From positions 848,983 through 912,982 of the forward strand of contig CAVQXZ010000001.1 of assembly GCA_963718055.1 (NCBI GenBank): a DNA stretch of 64,000 bases, read 5' to 3'. Every line of letters begins with the position of its first letter. Position 1 is the first letter of the stretch. Of the stretch, positions 9,376 through 17,417 are shown one piece after another. Under the pieces are notes generated by a model. It was not told the origin of the DNA. It worked only from the letters and a program-made list of their open reading frames with translations, and made no database searches. The DNA comes from an uncultured Holophagae bacterium (GTDB taxonomy: Bacteria; Acidobacteriota; Thermoanaerobaculia; Thermoanaerobaculales; Sulfomarinibacteraceae). Position numbers and translations under genes: made by a program.

Positions 9376-10032
9376 GTGGTGGGCCAGTTCGTGGTCATCG
9401 GTCTCGGCATCTTCGGCAGGACCGTTGCCGTCAACCTGGCCCGCAGCGGGCACTCGGTACTCGCCGTGGACCTCGACCAGCAGGAGGTGGACCGGGTGGC
9501 GCCCGAGCTCGACTCCGTGGTTCGAGCCGACACCACCGATGAGCAGGCGCTTCGCGAGCTCCGCCTCGAGCGCGTGTCGTGTGCGGTGGTTGCGATTGGC
9601 GCCCAGTCGATGGAGGCGTCGATCCTCACCACCGCCCTGCTGCGCCAGATGGGGGTGCCGCGGATCGTCGCGCGTTCGCTGAGCGAGCTGCACGCGCGGG
9701 TGCTGCGCGCGGTTGGCGCCCACGAGGTGGTCAGCCCCGAGGAGGAGATGGGCCAGCGGCTGGCCCGCCGGCTGTCGGAGCCCAACGTGCTTGAGCGTCT
9801 GGATCTCGGCGAGGACGCCGAGCTGGTCGAGCTCGCGGCCCCGGAGTCGTTCATCGGCAAGACCCTGGTCGACCTCAATGTCCGCCAGCAGTTTGGCGTC
9901 ACCGTGGTGGCGGTCCGCCGCGCCGGGTCGGTGCGCGCCAGCATCGGCACCGGCGACCGGCTGGAGCCGGGTGACGTGCTGGTGGTGATCGGTGATCCGA
10001 AAGGCGCCAGCCGGCTCGCCGCCCTGGCCTGA
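9376..10032 (+). CDS. trkA: TrkA/KtrA RCK-domain K+ uptake regulatory subunit
   Basis: Rossmann motif VVIGLGIFGRTVAVNL, followed by a TrkA-C-like segment (GKTLVDLNVRQQFGVTVVAVRR...GDVLVVIG). It starts 11 nt after the trkH stop. Confidence 0.9.
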   Translation: MVGQFVVIGLGIFGRTVAVNLARSGHSVLAVDLDQQEVDRVAPELDSVVRADTTDEQALRELRLERVSCAVVAIGAQSMEASILTTALLRQMGVPRIVARSLSELHARVLRAVGAHEVVSPEEEMGQRLARRLSEPNVLERLDLGEDAELVELAAPESFIGKTLVDLNVRQQFGVTVVAVRRAGSVRASIGTGDRLEPGDVLVVIGDPKGASRLAALA

Positions 10033-10034
10033 CC

Positions 10035-11069
10035 ATGAAGCTGGGTACGCGCCTCCAGCTCGGTTACTGGTACCTGGTCGGCCTGCTGGTTGTCTTTGCC
10101 ACCAGCGCCGCACTGTCCTTCCTGAGCCTCGGCAGGAGCATCGGCACCGTCCTCGACGAGAACTCCGAAAGTGTGCGGGCGTCGATGACGATGCTCGACG
10201 CTCTCGAGCAGGAGCGCAGTGCGCTGCTGTCGTCGCTGCTTGGCGATGCCGGAGCGCAGGCGACCCTCGAGACCTCGGAACGCGCGTTCCTGGCGGCGGT
10301 GGCGGCGGCCCGCGCCAACATCACGGCGCCGGGGGAGGCGGAGGTCATCGCCCGCATCGAGAGCGGATACGCCGAGTTCCGCGCCGCCCGTGACCTGCTG
10401 CTGGGGCCAGCCTCGGAGCAGGCCCTTCTCGCCTATCAGTCGGAGGCCTTGCCGCAGTTCATGGCGCTCAAGCAGTCGGTGGTCGACCTCCACGACCTCA
10501 ACCACCGGGCCATGGTGGAGGCGAACCAGCGCGCGCAGCGCGCGGCCCGCCGCCAGGCGGCGCTGCACGGGCTGCTCGTGGTGATCGCCTTGCTGTCGCT
10601 CGCCTTCCTGTCGCAGGCGCTCGGGCGCGGATTGCTGGCTCGGCTCGCCGAGCTGGCATCGGTTGTGCGGGCCATCGCCGCTGGCGACACCGCACGGCGG
10701 ACGGTCCCGGGCGACAGCGACGAGCTGGGGGTGGTCGCCCGGCAGATCAACGCGATGCTCGACAAGGTCCAGCAGGTGGAGAGCGAGCTCGCCGGCCGGC
10801 TCCAGCAGGACCGTCAGCTGCTGGTGGCTCTGCTCCGCCAGCTGCCGCACCCGGCCGCGCTGCTGTCGCTGAGCGGGCTGCTGGTGGCCTCGACTCTGGA
10901 GGCGAGAGACCAGGAGGCCGTCGAGGCGGTCGTCGCAGCGCTCGACGGGCTGGCGCTGCTGACCCGCGGCCGTGAGATCGAGCGGACGGCCGGCGGGCGC
11001 GAGGTCAGGTTGCGGCTGCTCGAGGCCAGCGGAGAGCGGCCGGTGGGGTGGCTGGCGACGGTCGCTTAG
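10035..11069 (+). CDS. Membrane sensor with a four-helix-bundle periplasmic region and a HAMP domain but no recognisable output domain
   Basis: Two TM segments (YWYLVGLLVVFATSAALSFLSL; LHGLLVVIALLSLAFL). The HAMP-like segment is LAELASVVRAIAAGDTARRTVPGDSDELGVVARQINAMLDKV. It starts 3 nt after the trkA stop. Confidence 0.6.
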   Translation: MKLGTRLQLGYWYLVGLLVVFATSAALSFLSLGRSIGTVLDENSESVRASMTMLDALEQERSALLSSLLGDAGAQATLETSERAFLAAVAAARANITAPGEAEVIARIESGYAEFRAARDLLLGPASEQALLAYQSEALPQFMALKQSVVDLHDLNHRAMVEANQRAQRAARRQAALHGLLVVIALLSLAFLSQALGRGLLARLAELASVVRAIAAGDTARRTVPGDSDELGVVARQINAMLDKVQQVESELAGRLQQDRQLLVALLRQLPHPAALLSLSGLLVASTLEARDQEAVEAVVAALDGLALLTRGREIERTAGGREVRLRLLEASGERPVGWLATVA

Positions 11070-11683
11070 GAGCTCGCACAGGGGCCCGTGCCCCCGCGCT
11101 CCGAGCGGGCGAGCTGGGATGCGACGAACTGCCAGTCGACCAGCTTCCAGAACGCCTCCACGTAGCGGGCGCGGGCGTTGCGGTAGTCGATGTAGTAGGC
11201 ATGCTCCCAGACGTCGCAGGTCAGCAGCGGGGTGTCGCCGGCCCGCAGCGGGTTGTCGGCGTTGGCGGTCGAGGCGACGGCGAGCGAGCCGTCGCCCCGC
11301 CGCACCAGCCACGCCCAGCCCGACCCGAAGTGGCCGACCGCGGCCGCGGTGAAACGCTCGATGAAGGCGTCGAGGCCGCCGAAGGCGTCGCCGATCCGGC
11401 GCGCCATCTCGCCGTGCGGGCCGCCCTCTTCGGCAGGGCTGAGGCAGCTCCAGTAGAAGCTGTGGTTCCAGACCTGGGCGCCGTTATTGAAGATGGCGCC
11501 GTCGGCGCTGCGGACGATCTCGTCGAGCGAGCGCTCGGCCCACGCGGTGCCCGCGCTGAGCCGGTTGAGGTTGTCGACGTAGGCGCGGTGGTGCTTGCCG
11601 TAGTGGTACTCGATGGTCTCCGGCGAGATCAGGGGCGCCAGGGCGTCCTGGCTGTACGGCAGGGCAGGCAGCGTGAAGGCCAT
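11066..11683 (-). CDS. sodB: Iron superoxide dismutase
   Basis: MAFTLPALPYSQDALAPLISPETIEYHYGKHH..., IFNNGAQVWNHSFYW, DVWEHAYYIDYRN. Confidence 0.95.
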   Translation of the reverse strand: MAFTLPALPYSQDALAPLISPETIEYHYGKHHRAYVDNLNRLSAGTAWAERSLDEIVRSADGAIFNNGAQVWNHSFYWSCLSPAEEGGPHGEMARRIGDAFGGLDAFIERFTAAAVGHFGSGWAWLVRRGDGSLAVASTANADNPLRAGDTPLLTCDVWEHAYYIDYRNARARYVEAFWKLVDWQFVASQLARSERGGTGPCASS

Positions 11684-11806
11684 GGTCCGATCCTCCGTTG
11701 CGGGTTGCTCTCTGCCATTGTACGGCCGCCAGGGCCGACGGGTCAGAACAGGAACCGGTCGCAGCGTGCCTGGTGGTGCGGCGCGGCGGCGGCAGGCGGA
11801 TCGCCC

Positions 11807-11998
11807 TCAGCCCGCCGCCCCGCCCCGGTGCCCGCCCTTGCCGGTGCCTCCCGGAAGCCGGCCCGCCTCCTTGAGGGCCCGCCGCAGCAGGAACTCGATC
11901 TGCGCGTTGACGCTGCGCAGGTCATCCCTGGCCCATCGCCGGAGGGCGTCGAGCACTGCGGGATCCGTCCGCAGCAGGAACGCGTCGCGCTCGCTCAC
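11807..11998 (-). CDS. Arc/ribbon-helix-helix family small DNA-binding protein
   Basis: 63 aa. FLLRTDPAVLDALRRWARDDLRSVNAQIEFLLRRAL matches the Arc-like pattern (F-x-L-R ... RS-x-N-a-x-I). The GTG start overlaps the stop of the upstream SPFH gene (GTGA). Confidence 0.65.
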   Translation of the reverse strand: MSERDAFLLRTDPAVLDALRRWARDDLRSVNAQIEFLLRRALKEAGRLPGGTGKGGHRGGAAG

Positions 11999-12954
11999 GT
12001 GTAGAGCGTGCCGGTGTTGATGACGGGCTGGGTGTGGCGGTCACTGCACAGCACCACCAGGAGATTCGACACCATGGCCGCTCGCCGCTCGCCGTCGAGC
12101 TCGACGACGTTCTCCTTGGCCAGGCGATCGAGAGCCATCTGGACCATCCCGACCGCGCCCTCGACGATCTTGGTGCGGGCCGCGACCACCGCCTGCGCCT
12201 GCTGCCGCTGCAGCATCGCCGCGGCGATCTCTGGGGCGTACGCGAGGTGGCTGATGCGCGCCTCGATCACCTCGACCCCGGCCTTGTCCAGCCGCTCCTG
12301 GATGTCCTGCTTGAGCTGGCTGCAGACCTCGGCGGTGCTGCCGCGCAGCGACATCTCGTGGTCCTCGCTGTCGTAGGGGTGCCGGGTGGCCAGGTTGCGC
12401 AGCGCGGCCTCGCTCTGGACCTCTACGAAGTCCTCATAGTCGTCGACCTCGAACATCGCGTGGGCCGTGTTGACGACGCGCCAGACCACGATTGCGGAGA
12501 TGTCGATCGGGTTGCCGTCGCGATCGTTGACCTTGGACGGACGGCCGTGGGTGCGGGTGCGCGCCTGCACCACCTTGCCCTGCGCGTCCTTCTGCTCCGG
12601 CGTCGGGATCGAGCCGGTTTCGAAGTTGCGGATTCGCAGGGAGATCCTCTTCTTGGAGAAGAACGGGTTGACCCAGAAGAAGCCGGAGGAGAGGGCCGAG
12701 CCCTTGTACTTCCCGAACAGCAGCAGCACCCGCGCCTGGTTCGGCGCGATCGCCATGTACCCGAACAGCGACAGCACCGCGAGCAGGAGCACCAGGATCG
12801 CGGCCGCGAGCTGGTAGCCCCATGGACCTGCGCCGTGGCGCTCGAGGCCGAGGACGGCGCCGACGAACAGCCATGGCGCGGCGACGAACAGGGCGAGCGT
12901 GATGAGCAGCGGCCCCCAGCCGCTGATCGGACGATAGGTCTTTTCTGCGGTCAT
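11995..12954 (-). CDS. SPFH/band-7 domain membrane protein
   Basis: ATG at 12954 (GGGAGG upstream). Two N-terminal TM helices are followed by an SPFH core (ARVLLLFGKYKGSALSSGFFWVNPF ... AIVVWRVVNTAHAMFEVDDY ... RISHLAYAPEIAAAMLQRQQAQAV). Confidence 0.85.
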   Translation of the reverse strand: MTAEKTYRPISGWGPLLITLALFVAAPWLFVGAVLGLERHGAGPWGYQLAAAILVLLLAVLSLFGYMAIAPNQARVLLLFGKYKGSALSSGFFWVNPFFSKKRISLRIRNFETGSIPTPEQKDAQGKVVQARTRTHGRPSKVNDRDGNPIDISAIVVWRVVNTAHAMFEVDDYEDFVEVQSEAALRNLATRHPYDSEDHEMSLRGSTAEVCSQLKQDIQERLDKAGVEVIEARISHLAYAPEIAAAMLQRQQAQAVVAARTKIVEGAVGMVQMALDRLAKENVVELDGERRAAMVSNLLVVLCSDRHTQPVINTGTLYT

Positions 12955-12982
12955 CGGAAACCTCCCGTGCTTTGCTACCAAA

Positions 12983-13011
12983 TTGATATCACAATGAAAG
13001 CAAGCTGTCAA
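12983..13011 (-). promoter_or_regulatory. Near-consensus sigma70 promoter for the SPFH-Arc operon
   Basis: The minus strand reads TTGACA (13006-13011), N17, TATCAA (12983-12988), in the only AT-rich patch of this intergenic region. Confidence 0.55.
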
Positions 13012-13212
13012 ACACGCCGCCACCCCGAGACGCCCCCAGGGTAGTCTCCGGACGTCTTCTGATGGAATTCATCTTCAATCCCTTTTCCGCACCCGGGCCC
13101 GAGCAGGCATCCGCCGGATGAACCTCATCCCCGGTCGGCCACCCGCTCGCGAAGGCGCATTGCTGGCTTCTCGGGACCGGGTGCGGAAAAGGGAAGGGTA
13201 GAATGCCGTGAT

Positions 13213-14517
13213 ATGGCGATACCCACCCTCCTCCGCCGGCTGATCTGGCTGCTCCTGATCGCTGCGATCATTGCTGTGGTCGTCGTGCTCGTCCTCAAGC
13301 GGCGTGGGGCCGTCGAGGAGTCGGCCTACCGCACGTCGCCGGTCGATCGCGGCGACATCACGATGACGGTCACCGCCACCGGCTCGCTGTCCGCCGTGAC
13401 GACGGTCCAGGTCGGCAGCCAGGTGTCGGGCATCATCCGGGCGCTGTACGCCGACTTCAACACTGCGGTGCGCGCGGGCCAGGTCCTGGCCGAGCTCGAC
13501 CCGACGCCGTTCCAGGCCCGAGTGGAGCAGCGGCGCGCCGACGTCGTCCAGGCCGAGGTCCAGCTGCGCAACGCCGAGATCGCCTTCCACCGCCAGGAGC
13601 GGCTGCTGGCCGCCGGACTGACCTCGCAGGCCGAGTACGACGCGGCCGAGGCCGCCGCCGACGGCGCCGAGGCGCTGGTCGGGCAGGCGCAGGCGGCGCT
13701 CAGCCAGTCCGAGACCGACCTCAGCTACACGGTCATCCGGTCGCCGATCGACGGGGTGGTGGTCTCGCGCCAGTACGACGTCGGCCAGACCGTGGCCGCC
13801 TCCTTCCAGGCGCCGACCCTGTTCACGATCGCCCAGGATCTGACCAGGATGCAGGTCGAGGCCGACGTCGACCAGGCCGACATCGGCCGGATCCACACCG
13901 GCCAGGTCGCGCGCTTCACCGTCGACGCGTACCCCGAGGAGGAGTTCCGCGGCACCATCACCCAGGTCCGGCTCAATGCCACGACCAACGTCAACGTCGT
14001 GACCTATCCGGTGATCATCGAGGTGGCGAACCCGGACGGCCGGCTGCGGCCCGAGATGACCGCTGACGTCACCATCGAGGTTGCGACCGTGCGTGACGTC
14101 CTGCGGGCGCCCAACGCGGCGCTTCGCTTCCGTCCGACCGAAACCGGAGACTCGGAGTCGACCGGCGGCGGGTCTGCTCGCGGCGGCGGCGCCGGCAGCA
14201 CCATGCAGGGGCCCGCAGCCGCAACCGGCCGCGGCGGCTTCCAGGGACCCCGCTCGCCGGGATCCGGCGACCGGCCAGACGCGCCTGCCGCTTCCGGGCA
14301 ACCGGGCGACGCCGAGCCCGGCGTGGTCATGCGAACGGTCTACCTTCTCGACGCGGCCGGTGCGCCGGCGCCGACCCGGATCCGCGCCGGGCTCTCCGAC
14401 GGCCGCTTCACCGAGGTCCTTGGCGGCGAGCTGAGGGAGGGCGACGCCGTCGTTGTCGGTCTTGCCACGGCGCGCGTCAACTCGACCGGCGGGCGGCCGC
14501 CGATGCGCGGGTTCTAG
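13213..14517 (+). CDS. Efflux transporter periplasmic adaptor (HlyD/MacA family)
   Basis: N-terminal anchor LIWLLLIAAIIAVVVVLVL, then VTATGSLSAVTTVQVGSQVSGII, a coiled-coil hairpin, and YTVIRSPIDGVVVSRQYDVGQTV. A Gly/Pro-rich insert lies near the C-terminus. Confidence 0.9.
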   Translation: MAIPTLLRRLIWLLLIAAIIAVVVVLVLKRRGAVEESAYRTSPVDRGDITMTVTATGSLSAVTTVQVGSQVSGIIRALYADFNTAVRAGQVLAELDPTPFQARVEQRRADVVQAEVQLRNAEIAFHRQERLLAAGLTSQAEYDAAEAAADGAEALVGQAQAALSQSETDLSYTVIRSPIDGVVVSRQYDVGQTVAASFQAPTLFTIAQDLTRMQVEADVDQADIGRIHTGQVARFTVDAYPEEEFRGTITQVRLNATTNVNVVTYPVIIEVANPDGRLRPEMTADVTIEVATVRDVLRAPNAALRFRPTETGDSESTGGGSARGGGAGSTMQGPAAATGRGGFQGPRSPGSGDRPDAPAASGQPGDAEPGVVMRTVYLLDAAGAPAPTRIRAGLSDGRFTEVLGGELREGDAVVVGLATARVNSTGGRPPMRGF

Positions 14518-15234
14518 ATGGCGCTCGTCGTGCTCGACGACGTCGTCAAGATCTACCGCATGGGCGAGGTCGAGGTGCGCGCCCTCGCCGGCGTCAGCCT
14601 GGCGGTCGAGGCCGGTGAGTTCGTCGCGATCATGGGCGCGTCCGGATCCGGCAAGTCGACCCTGATGAACATCCTCGGCTGCCTCGACCGGCCGACCTCG
14701 GGCAGCTACCGGCTCGACGGGATCGACGTCGCGTCGCTCGACTCGAATGCCCGGGCCGAGATCCGCAACGCGAAGATCGGTTTCGTGTTCCAGAGCTTCA
14801 ATCTGCTGGCGCGCACCTCGGCGCTGGAGAACGTCGAGCTGCCCCTGATCTACGGCACCGGGGCGGTCGGTGGGGGCGAACGGCTCCGCAGGTCCGCTCA
14901 GGCCCTGGCCCAGGTCGGTCTCGAGGGGCGCGAGCACCACTTCCCGTCGCAGCTGTCGGGCGGCCAGCAGCAGCGGGTGGCGATTGCCCGCGCCCTGGTC
15001 ACCGATCCGGCCATCCTGCTCGCCGACGAGCCGACCGGGAACCTCGACACCGCGACCTCGAGCGAGGTGATGCAGGTGCTGCGCGTGCTCAACGCCGCGG
15101 GCAAGACGATCATCCTGATCACCCACGAGGCGGACATCGCCGACTGGGCCAGACGCCGGGTGGTGCTGCGCGACGGCCGGATCGTCGAGGATGTCATCAC
15201 CGGCCGCGAGGTGGGCGTGGGGGGTGCCGCATGA
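14518..15234 (+). CDS. ABC transporter ATP-binding protein (MacB/LolD-type)
   Basis: Walker A GASGSGKST, signature LSGGQQQRVAIARAL, Walker B ILLADEPTGNLD. It starts directly after the adaptor stop. Confidence 0.95.
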   Translation: MALVVLDDVVKIYRMGEVEVRALAGVSLAVEAGEFVAIMGASGSGKSTLMNILGCLDRPTSGSYRLDGIDVASLDSNARAEIRNAKIGFVFQSFNLLARTSALENVELPLIYGTGAVGGGERLRRSAQALAQVGLEGREHHFPSQLSGGQQQRVAIARALVTDPAILLADEPTGNLDTATSSEVMQVLRVLNAAGKTIILITHEADIADWARRRVVLRDGRIVEDVITGREVGVGGAA

Positions 15235-16460
15235 GGATCGTGACCGTACGACTGGCCAGCATCGCCCGGGTCGGCCTCAAGGCGATCGTGCGCAACCCGA
15301 TGCGCTCGAGCCTGACCATGCTCGGGATCATCATCGGCGTCGCCTGCGTGATCACCATGGTGTCGGTGGGGACCGGCGCCTCACGGTCGGTGCAGGAGGC
15401 CATCGGCGCGCTGGGGACCAACTTCATCATGGTCATTCCCGGGGTGGTGACCCAGTCCGGCGCGCACATCCACGGCGGCGAGTCGACCCTGACCGAGGAC
15501 GACGTGGAGGCGATCCGGCGCGAGTGCCCGTCGGTCGCCTACGTTTCGGCCGGGGTCCGGACCGGCGGCCAGGTGGTGGCCGGCGGCCTCAACTGGGGCA
15601 CGACGATCTACGGCGCCGACGTCGACTGGCCGCTGATCCGCGCCTGGAACACCAGCCAGGGCGAGTTCTTCACCGCGGCCGAGGTTCGCTCGGGCGCCAA
15701 GGTATGCGTGATCGGCGCTGCGGTCGCCGAGGCCCTGTTCCCGGACGGCAAAGCGGTCGGCCAGGTGGTCCGGGTGAACAACGTGCCGTTCCACGTGCTC
15801 GGGGTGCTCGAGCGCAAGGGCGGCACCACCATGGGCACCGACCAGGATGACCAGCTGGTCGCGCCCTACACCACGGTCATGAAGCGGGTGATGGGCACGA
15901 CGCGGATCGGCATCATCTACGTCGCGGCGGTGTCGGCGGACGCGGTCGCCCGCGCCCAGGAGGAGATCGAGGCGCTGCTGCGCCAGCGCCACCGCATCGC
16001 GGAGGGCCAGCCGAGCGACTTCATGATGCGTTCCCAGGAGGAGATCGCGAGCCGTGCCGCGCAGAGCTCGCGCACCATGTCGCTGCTGCTCGGCTCGGTG
16101 GCCGCGATCTCGCTGCTGGTCGGCGGCATCGGGATCATGAACATCATGCTGGTCTCGGTCACCGAGCGGACCCGCGAGATCGGGGTGCGGCTCGCGGTCG
16201 GCGCCAAGGCGCGCCACATCCTGCTCCAGTTCCTGCTCGAGGCGGTGATCCTGTCAGTGGTCGGCGGCGGGCTCGGGGTGGTGCTCGGCTTCGGCGCGAG
16301 CCGGGTCATCTCCAAGATCGCCGGCTGGCCGACGATCGTCGGCCTGGGCTCGGTCGGCCTGGCCTTCGGCTTCGCCGCCCTGGTCGGGGTGTTCTTCGGC
16401 TTCTACCCGGCGCGCCGGGCGTCCCGGCTCGACCCGATCGAGGCCCTGCGCTACGAGTGA
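15231..16460 (+). CDS. ABC transporter permease (MacB periplasmic-core / FtsX-like)
   Basis: 409 aa. The C-terminal FtsX-type TM bundle reads GGIGIMNIMLVSVTERTREIGVRLAVGA ... FFGFYPARRASRLDPIEALRYE. ATGA overlap with the ATPase gene. Confidence 0.9.
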   Translation: MRIVTVRLASIARVGLKAIVRNPMRSSLTMLGIIIGVACVITMVSVGTGASRSVQEAIGALGTNFIMVIPGVVTQSGAHIHGGESTLTEDDVEAIRRECPSVAYVSAGVRTGGQVVAGGLNWGTTIYGADVDWPLIRAWNTSQGEFFTAAEVRSGAKVCVIGAAVAEALFPDGKAVGQVVRVNNVPFHVLGVLERKGGTTMGTDQDDQLVAPYTTVMKRVMGTTRIGIIYVAAVSADAVARAQEEIEALLRQRHRIAEGQPSDFMMRSQEEIASRAAQSSRTMSLLLGSVAAISLLVGGIGIMNIMLVSVTERTREIGVRLAVGAKARHILLQFLLEAVILSVVGGGLGVVLGFGASRVISKIAGWPTIVGLGSVGLAFGFAALVGVFFGFYPARRASRLDPIEALRYE

Positions 16461-16551
16461 CCCGCGGCTGGCCGACCGCCACGCCAGCCTCGGCTGAGCG
16501 GCCACGGTCCGCGACGGTCCAGTGTTGGGGCGCCGCGCGGACAGGCCCCGG

Positions 16552-16983
16552 TCACCGCGGACCGAAGAACGAGCGGTCGAGGGACAACCGTCCCGGGCCC
16601 AGAGCGATCAGCAGCAGCGCGATGCAGAAGTAGACCGCCGCCAGCTCTGAGCTCTGGCCGCCGGTCATCGACACGAACGGGTCGCCGCGCACGATCGCGT
16701 GGAACGAGAACGCGACGGCCATCGTTGAGGCGACGCCGAGCGAGGCCAGCGGCGTCAGGAAGCCGAGGATCCACGCCAGGCCGCCGCCGAACTCGGAGAG
16801 CGCCGCCAGCGCCTGAAAAGGGCCCGGGGCGAAGGCGTCCGGCCCCATCCAGCCGAACGGGTTCTGGATCTTCCCCCAGCCGTGCAGCATGAAGGCGAGG
16901 CCGGCCACCACCCTGAGGAACAGCAGCGCCAGGTCGGCAAAGGGTGAGTGGTCGGGGACGGAGACGAGCCGCTTGATGTCCAT
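16552..16983 (-). CDS. DoxX-family membrane protein
   Basis: ATG at 16983 (GAAGGAGG upstream). LALLFLRVVAGLAFMLHGWGKI... with four TM segments, typical of DoxX. Confidence 0.8.
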   Translation of the reverse strand: MDIKRLVSVPDHSPFADLALLFLRVVAGLAFMLHGWGKIQNPFGWMGPDAFAPGPFQALAALSEFGGGLAWILGFLTPLASLGVASTMAVAFSFHAIVRGDPFVSMTGGQSSELAAVYFCIALLLIALGPGRLSLDRSFFGPR

Positions 16984-17417
16984 CGTGCCTCCTTCATCGT
17001 GGAGCTCGGGCCGCGGTTGCGTTTTGATGACGCTTTCGTCATGACGGCATTTCTCCCGGCACCAGAACACCACCGCTCAGGGGCGATGGCTGGCCTTCCG
17101 GCGCGCGAGCTCGCGCCCCCGGTGTGTGGGAGTGTCTGATCCACTGTACTGGAAAGCCGCCGGGACGCCATCCGGATTCCATCGCCGCCCCGCGGCTCGC
17201 ATCGCTGAGCTGCAGGTGGCGTGATGGCTTCATCCTTCCGACCGGTGGCGTGTGGGCACGCAGCCCGTTCAGTTCCCAGGCCCAGGACCGGCGCGGAGGG
17301 CGTCCGTGCGCGCTCCTGTGTACTTCCCGGCCGAGTCATCGGTACCTGTGAGGTGAGCTTCGGGGGAGGGACACCGGCGGTCGCAGCCGATCGCGGCCGC
17401 GGCGGTGCATCAAGCCA

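Noticed and set aside
8481-11312. 943-aa minus-strand ORF spanning trkH, trkA and the HAMP gene. Similar giant antisense ORFs are 13075..15126 (-), 23211..25292 (-), 17904..19724 (-), 50420..52282 (+) and 3015..4418 (+).
   Set aside because: Their translations are Arg/Pro/Gly/Asp-rich low-complexity strings, typical of off-frame reading in GC-rich DNA. Each lies antisense to a gene with clear family motifs on the other strand.
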